Below, one piece after another: positions 58,338 to 64,000 of a stretch of DNA of 64,000 nucleotides. Source of the stretch: a virus (taxonomy: Duplodnaviria; Caudoviricetes); IMG/VR virus record IMGVR_UViG_3300050334_000106, positions 10,200 to 74,199 of that record; one strand, 5' to 3'. The position numbers and the translations under genes were made by a program. Below the pieces are notes generated by a model that saw only the letters and a list, made by a program, of their open reading frames with translations, was not told where the DNA came from and made no database searches. The number at the start of each line of letters is the position of its first letter. Within the stretch, counting starts at the first letter, position 1.

Positions 58338-58414
58338 TTCGATAACTTCGAATTTCATTTTCAGTATAATTCGTAATTTTCGAAATGTCAATAATTACTT
58401 TCGATATTTCCGAA
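58338..58414. promoter_or_regulatory. Three operator palindromes TTCG-N7-CGAA
   Basis: 58338-58352, 58370-58384 and 58400-58414, between cro and cI. Confidence 0.75.
58363..58391 (-). promoter_or_regulatory. Leftward (lytic) sigmaA promoter
   Basis: TTGACA-17-TATACT, overlapped by operator 2. Confidence 0.8.
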
Positions 58415-58422
58415 AATAATTA

Positions 58423-58451
58423 TTTACAAAATCGAAATTTATTGTTACAAT
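58423..58451 (+). promoter_or_regulatory. Rightward (repressor) promoter
   Basis: TTTACA-17-TACAAT with extended TG. Confidence 0.65.
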
Positions 58452-58485
58452 ATTTTTGGACTGATCAAGAAAGGAACATCGTAAA

Positions 58486-58833
58486 ATGGTTATGTTTGGC
58501 AAAAATATTAGAAAAGCCAGAAAAGATAAAGGTTTAACCCAAAGAGAGTTAGCCGACTTAATAGGTGCAAAGCATAATTCGATAAGTGACTGGGAAAATG
58601 ACAAGAATAGGCCAGACCCTGATTCAATCGAATTATTATTAGGAGCTCTTGGTGTTGATGCTAATACGCTTCTTGGGTATGATAATAAGCAGAACATTGC
58701 AAAAGACGCAGATGAATTAGCTACCAATGTACTATCAAATAAAAAAATCCAAAAAATGTTAACTTCATTATCAACCATGTCTGATTCAGACTTAGATTTA
58801 GTGATCTCATTTATTGAAAGGTTGAATAAATAG
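58486..58833 (+). CDS. CI-like XRE repressor
   Basis: IRKARKDKGLTQRELADLIG...ISDWEND. Confidence 0.9.
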   Translation: MVMFGKNIRKARKDKGLTQRELADLIGAKHNSISDWENDKNRPDPDSIELLLGALGVDANTLLGYDNKQNIAKDADELATNVLSNKKIQKMLTSLSTMSDSDLDLVISFIERLNK

Positions 58834-58849
58834 TTAGGATGGTGATTCT

Positions 58850-59977
58850 ATGATTATTACTGAATACAAACAGGGATCTAAAAAGCTTTTTAAATGTCGA
58901 TTCTGGTATTATAAAAATGGTGCCAAAAAAAGTAAGTGCAAACAAGGCTTTGAACGAAAAAAAGATGCTGAACGATGGGGAAACTCTGAAAAAGACAGAC
59001 TTGAAGGCCTTGAAATTGGCGCCGACAAAACAAAAGTAAAAGATTTTCTTGAACGTTGGATTAAAACAAAAGAGGATAAAATATCTCCAACAACATATCG
59101 CGGATACACGGTAAACATAAATCACATCAATAATTACATTGGAAACAGCCTAATTTTCAAACTTAAACTTATAGATATTCAAGAAATGGCCGACCAGCTT
59201 TCTAAAAAAGGTTTAAAAAAGAGAACAATTTCATACGTTATACGGACTCTTCATGTGGCTTTTGAATATGCCATTGAAAATGAAATAATGGTTAAAAATC
59301 CGTGCAATGGCGTTCAGCTTAAAGAAGATGAACGAAAATTTGAGTACAATATTTATAGTGCTGATGACCTTAGCAATTTAATTTTATCCCTCCGGGAACA
59401 GGAACATTACATTTATCCTGCCGTGTTATTAGGAGCAATGCGCGGTCTAAGGCGAGGTGAATGTCTTGGGCTCCCCTGGAGTGAAATTGACTTCGATAAG
59501 GGTATTGCCCACATTAAAAACAATTATGTAATAGTTGACAAAATAGAATATCATAAGCGCGTAAAGACTAAAGAATCCGATAGAACGATAGACATTAGTG
59601 GGTTTCTCGCTGCTGAATTGAAGGCAATAAAAGAACGGAATCAAAAGAATGGTATAATACAGACTTATGTATGTGAAATAGATGGACATCTCCCTGACCC
59701 TTCCCACATCTCCCGTGCACTGAAACAGTTCCAGAAGGCAAACAGCTTACCTATCTGTCGTTTTCATGATTTAAGACATACATTTGCTATGTTGCAGATA
59801 GAGTGCGGTACAGACCTAGAAACCCTAAAACGACTGCTTGGGCATAGTAAAATTGCTGTTACCGAAATTTACCTACATGAAAACATGAATATGAAGAAAG
59901 CAGCAAGTGCTAAAATAGACAACATATTAAAATTTGAGTGTGACAAAAGTGTGACATTTTCAGAAAAAAACGACTAG
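58850..59977 (+). CDS. int: Tyrosine integrase
   Basis: GLRRGE, FHDLRHTFA, LLGHS...EIY. Confidence 0.95.
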   Translation: MIITEYKQGSKKLFKCRFWYYKNGAKKSKCKQGFERKKDAERWGNSEKDRLEGLEIGADKTKVKDFLERWIKTKEDKISPTTYRGYTVNINHINNYIGNSLIFKLKLIDIQEMADQLSKKGLKKRTISYVIRTLHVAFEYAIENEIMVKNPCNGVQLKEDERKFEYNIYSADDLSNLILSLREQEHYIYPAVLLGAMRGLRRGECLGLPWSEIDFDKGIAHIKNNYVIVDKIEYHKRVKTKESDRTIDISGFLAAELKAIKERNQKNGIIQTYVCEIDGHLPDPSHISRALKQFQKANSLPICRFHDLRHTFAMLQIECGTDLETLKRLLGHSKIAVTEIYLHENMNMKKAASAKIDNILKFECDKSVTFSEKND

Positions 59978-60071
59978 ATCGTTGCTGGACTTCAAGATCT
60001 AGCACGTTCTCAATCCCTTTAGAATCAGGCGATACAGGAAATGGCCGAAAATTACCGATTAATATGAATTC

Positions 60072-60133
60072 CGACTGGAAATCGTGTGACGGCTAATACC
60101 CGTCCGAGAGTTCGAATCTCTCTCTCTCCGCCA
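60072..60133 (+). other. attR: 3' half of tRNA-Ser(GGA)
   Basis: CGA-CTGGAAA-TCG anticodon loop, variable arm, GAGAG-TTCGAAT-CTCTC, TCTCTCC-G-CCA; no matching 5' half. Confidence 0.85.
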
Positions 60134-60141
60134 AAATTTGT

Positions 60142-60172
60142 CTGAAAGTCCTTGTAAATCAAGGGCTTTCAG
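60142..60172 (+). terminator. Hairpin terminator downstream of the tRNA fragment
   Basis: CTGAAAGTCCTTG-taaat-CAAGGGCTTTCAG. Confidence 0.7.
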
Positions 60173-61099
60173 TGTTTTATACATCGAATAGGAGGTAGCT
60201 GATTATTTCAGATACCCACCTTTCAGTCGAGTAAATAAGGGGAGTTTCACCCCAAATTTTTCAACAGAGTCGGCTTCTCCCTTCTTGCTATACATAGGTA
60301 CTTTTTTACAAGCTCCTCCACACAGGGAGATCGTCATATGCTCATTCGTCTGGCTTGAAAAGACATGGCTGCCCAAGAAGGTAAGTTTGTTTACACATGT
60401 CAGAAAATATTTTAATAAAGCAGCACACTGTACAGGTCTCGTTACGATACGGGCATTACTTGGACATTTTGCTTAATCATTTTCAAATGAGAGGTTCTCT
60501 TTTTTCAAAGCTCATCTTATTTTATTACAGAAATGCTCATATATCGTACATTCACTGTCCAAAATACTGGAAGTATTTTTTTCGTTATTTGCTTCCCATT
60601 GATATTCTGTTGTGATACAATACTCATTGTAATATTCCCTTTTTAAGTAAAATAAGGGGTATTATTGTATATACAAACAATCCCAGGTCCAATTAAGGTG
60701 AGAAATTCCTTTAGAAACATGTAAAAAACTACAGTGAAATCAAATCGTAAGATCTTATATGAAAAACTAAGTATACGGTAATATTATGTCTTATCACGCT
60801 CTTTACAACCCGTCAAGTAAATGAAACTGCACAGGAGGTGGGATTTACCATTAAACCTTTTAACATAGTTTAAAACTTATACAATAGGCACATAGAAAAA
60901 GCAACAGCTACACTCAAAGAGATATACTTGCCTACCAAACTTATCAATCAAGTTCACCTTAACGATAAGCATAACAGAAGAATTAGACACAATAATACCG
61001 GATGACTTGATCCAATAAGAAAACTCGACGCATAAAATTTTGAAACTAGTAAAAGGACTATGCTTAAAGGAATGAGAGTTTAATAAGGGAGGAGAATTA

Positions 61100-62092
61100 A
61101 TGAATCGGAAAACATTGTATATGCAAGATCCGATTGTAAGTACATATACATCATATGGAAGTTTATTTTCTATAATCCAGGATAAAATGTGGCCATGGGT
61201 TTTTAATAATTTTATTCAAATAAGATATGCTCGTGGGTGGAAAATATATGCTTTTGACAATCATCACATGTTTTTGAGTAATTGTCCAAATATTGCATAC
61301 TATATATTACCGCAAGGTATAATAATAAATAAATGGAATAAATCCTTAAAAGAACTGATTATTGATTCGGTAAATTCCGATTATTATCTATTCTTATACG
61401 TGGATCGTTATTATATTTCTAAATCAGATTATTACTTAAACTATCATTTCCCACATGAAATCTTTATTTTTGGTTATGATTTGGAAAAGGATATAGTCTA
61501 TATTGCAGATAACTTGCAAGGTGGTAAATTTATTAAGACTGAATGTTCATTTGAAGAAATTGAAAATGGTTATTGGCATGTAAAAGGTGATTATACTTTT
61601 CTTATAGATGTTCGGTTATTAAAACTCAAAGATGATATTTCATCTAATTTCGATTTGGAACAGGTACGCTTGGGATTAGATAGTTATCTTCATTCTAAGA
61701 GAACAGTTGACTTATTAGACGAACAAAAATGTGATTTTGGATTTGATGCAATCAATAGACTCTTTTGGGAACTAGAGAATCAATCAAAAGAAAAAGCTGA
61801 AATTGATATACGTCCATTTCATTTATTGTATGAACACAAGATATTAATGGAAATGAGAGTTAAGTATATGGTTGAACAAGGATACATATTAGATAATTGT
61901 AATTTAATAAGGAACTTATCTGATTTAAAAAATGATTATTTCTCATTAAGAAATATGCTCATAAAAATTAATATAAAAAGAGATTCTAAGATGATGCGCG
62001 ATATAATAAATAAATTTCAACTCAATATTATAGCTGAAAAAAGCTTGATTACTAATCTGCTACAAACCATAACCAGCTCTACTCCAATTTAA
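61100..62092 (+). CDS. BtrH/C39-peptidase-like hypothetical protein (host side)
   Basis: LFLYVDRYYI...HEIFIFGYD...VYIAD, a papain-like H...D pattern. Confidence 0.45.
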   Translation: MNRKTLYMQDPIVSTYTSYGSLFSIIQDKMWPWVFNNFIQIRYARGWKIYAFDNHHMFLSNCPNIAYYILPQGIIINKWNKSLKELIIDSVNSDYYLFLYVDRYYISKSDYYLNYHFPHEIFIFGYDLEKDIVYIADNLQGGKFIKTECSFEEIENGYWHVKGDYTFLIDVRLLKLKDDISSNFDLEQVRLGLDSYLHSKRTVDLLDEQKCDFGFDAINRLFWELENQSKEKAEIDIRPFHLLYEHKILMEMRVKYMVEQGYILDNCNLIRNLSDLKNDYFSLRNMLIKINIKRDSKMMRDIINKFQLNIIAEKSLITNLLQTITSSTPI

Positions 62093-62295
62093 AAATACCC
62101 CAAATGACTATATAATTGAGAGTGATGCTATAAAGCAGACAATATGTTCTATCCACTTCGGAGAGAGATAATTATTAAATATTTAAGCTGAAAGATGAAT
62201 GGAAAACAAATAGGGAATTTAGTATTTATTACAATCTCTTATCACTAATTTTTGCTTCATGGTTCTATAAAAAGAAATTGCAAAATTATTAACTC

Positions 62296-63345
62296 ATGCA
62301 TTGGAGAGAGATTATGAACTATTTATTATATTGTGCTTTTGGAGAGACTAAATATATAAATATGGCTGTTTATTCCATACTATCTTACATTAATTCTTAT
62401 GGTAATCCCGGCAAAGAAATAAGCCTCGTAATATTTACCAATAATGTTATCCCTTTTAAAAAGGCATTATCGGAATACGAAGGGAATATCATATATGAAA
62501 AAATATCAGATAGTACATTAGATGACTGGCTTAATGGGACTAATTACATGCCCAGGCTAAAAATTAAATCCCTGCAGTATTTTTTTGAAAAGTACACTGG
62601 GAATGTACTTTTTATAGACTGTGATACCTTCCACATTAAGAATATTGAACATCTTTTTGATAAAATAAATGATAATCGTTTTATCTTATTTTCAAAATGT
62701 CCCTCAATAAGAGAGTATTTAAAGTTCCTTGGTGAATATTTCAAAAAATATCCAACGGATTTTCCTTTTTCTCTATATAAGTTGTGTCTCGACTTGGAAA
62801 AGACAGGTTTTATAACAGATGGGCAAAAAAAATACTCTATATCTTTATCCTTCTGTGAATATAATTCAGGTGTGATTGGAATGAATGCTAAATATTTACC
62901 TCTTCTTGATGAAGTGCTTAATTTGTCTGATATTATTTATAAAAAATATCACTATTGGTGTGCAGAAGAATTTGCATTCTCTTATGTGATAAGCCAAATT
63001 CAAGAGATAGTAACCTGCGAAGATTCAATATACCACTACTTCAATGATAAATGGTGTAGATTTATTTTAGCAGATTTATTCGGATGTAATGATGAAAATG
63101 ATATAGATGAGTTTGATAAATATTTAAAGCAGAATAACCTTGCATCCTTAAAAGGCAGCATTGATATCAATTGTGAAGATTTACCGTTCCTAATACAATT
63201 TGTACGTGAATATATACTAAAATTGGGTACTGATATACTACATTTTTTTTATTTCACTGATGATTCTTATCATGCATTTGTTGTAAAAAATTTCAAAACA
63301 TACAAAAAAATTGAGCAACTTATGAAAGCACAATCCCATCTTTAA
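62296..63345 (+). CDS. Glycosyltransferase-like (GT-A) protein
   Basis: YINMAVYSILS, LFIDCDT (DxD), YNSGVIG, EEFAFS. Confidence 0.55.
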   Translation: MHWREIMNYLLYCAFGETKYINMAVYSILSYINSYGNPGKEISLVIFTNNVIPFKKALSEYEGNIIYEKISDSTLDDWLNGTNYMPRLKIKSLQYFFEKYTGNVLFIDCDTFHIKNIEHLFDKINDNRFILFSKCPSIREYLKFLGEYFKKYPTDFPFSLYKLCLDLEKTGFITDGQKKYSISLSFCEYNSGVIGMNAKYLPLLDEVLNLSDIIYKKYHYWCAEEFAFSYVISQIQEIVTCEDSIYHYFNDKWCRFILADLFGCNDENDIDEFDKYLKQNNLASLKGSIDINCEDLPFLIQFVREYILKLGTDILHFFYFTDDSYHAFVVKNFKTYKKIEQLMKAQSHL

Positions 63346-64000
63346 TTTTTACAATTCTATCTCCGTATTTTACAGACTCCATAGAATGTGTAACTTGTAT
63401 GATAGTTTTTCCCTTTTCTCTATTAATTCTTTGTAAAAGGTTCATAATATCCGTTCCTGTTTTGGAATCCAGATTTCCAATCGGTTCATCCGCCAATATA
63501 ATATCCGGACTGTTTATTAATGCTCTTGCGATTGCAACCCTCTGTTGTTCACCTCCGGATAATTCTCTTGGTTTATGCTTCATTCTGCTTTCGAGACCAA
63601 CAATGTGTATAATTTCATCCAGTTCCTTTTTGTAAAACTTCTCTCTTTTACCATCCAGTAGTAAGGAAAGCATTATATTCTCTTCTACATTTAAATTTGG
63701 TATTAAATTATAGAATTGAAATATAAAACCAATATCCTTTCTTCGCATGGAACTTGCTTCCTTATCTTTCATACTTGAAATACTCTTGCCTTTTATTTTT
63801 ATTTGACCTGATGTTGGATTATCAAGCCCACCGATCAAATATAGAAGGGTGCTTTTCCCAGATCCCGATGCGCCCATAATCGATATAAACTCACCTGAGT
63901 ATATATTTAAGTTTACATCACAGAGTACTGGTAGCTCTACCTGGCCTAATTTAAATACTTTATGTAATCCAATTACTTCAATAGCTTTATCATACGGCAT
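63320..64000 (-). CDS. ABC transporter ATP-binding protein (LolD/MacB type)
   Basis: GASGSGKST, LSGGEQQRVAIARAL, ILADEP, VTH. Confidence 0.95.
   Translation of the reverse strand: MPYDKAIEVIGLHKVFKLGQVELPVLCDVNLNIYSGEFISIMGASGSGKSTLLYLIGGLDNPTSGQIKIKGKSISSMKDKEASSMRRKDIGFIFQFYNLIPNLNVEENIMLSLLLDGKREKFYKKELDEIIHIVGLESRMKHKPRELSGGEQQRVAIARALINSPDIILADEPIGNLDSKTGTDIMNLLQRINREKGKTIIQVTHSMESVKYGDRIVKIKDGIVLS

Larger units (their letters stand above)
1..60133. mobile_element. Temperate prophage (siphovirus-like, long non-contractile tail), left end outside window
   Basis: Contiguous terminase-portal-capsid-tail-lysis, replication, cI/cro and tyrosine integrase modules ending at a tRNA-Ser 3' fragment. 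No tail sheath gene seen. Confidence 0.95.

Noticed and set aside
60035-60133. Intact tRNA-Ser gene
   Set aside because: The 5' part cannot pair with the TCTCTCC acceptor strand or complete the anticodon stem; treated as the attR fragment.
60240-61080. Possible decayed IS/transposase (IS-end-like TTTTTCAACAGAGTC and broken frames)
   Set aside because: No intact ORF, catalytic motif or partner inverted repeat could be identified by eye.
1-64000. CRISPR array, diversity-generating retroelement, and the many short antisense ORFs in the track
   Set aside because: No regularly spaced direct repeats, no reverse transcriptase or TR/VR pair were seen; the antisense ORFs overlap well-supported genes and lack RBS or motifs.

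Overview
Positions 1 to about 60,133 are most of a temperate siphovirus-type prophage, probably in a spore-forming Clostridia host. That host call is inferred from the SLH domain, the Spo0A-like domain and the Firmicutes-type RBS and promoters. The prophage is integrated in a tRNA-Ser(GGA): attR, the displaced 3' tRNA half, is at 60072-60133, and attL lies left of the window. The left arm (+ strand) holds a PIN-like/TM moron, two terminase-large-subunit paralogs, portal, protease/scaffold, capsid, neck, a LAGLIDADG endonuclease, tail tube, chaperones and tape measure. An oddly placed lysis cassette follows, then an SGNH-bearing fibre, Dit and Tal. The right arm (- strand) holds cro, xis, a MazF-antirepressor fusion, a sigma factor, a Spo0A effector-domain protein, and recombination, replication and DNA-modification genes. 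cI and the integrase are on the + strand at the right end. The most striking feature is an ORF-poor stretch of about 1.5 kb (53900-55400, - strand). It contains a roughly 600-650 nt ornate RNA (ROOL-like, closed by a long-range helix), preceded by two aberrant tRNA-shaped RNAs, one of which is a 146-nt double-elbow domain-swapped twin tRNA ending in CCA. After attR come host-side genes: a BtrH/C39-like protein, a glycosyltransferase-like protein and an ABC ATPase. All family assignments come from motif recognition by eye; no database search was run.
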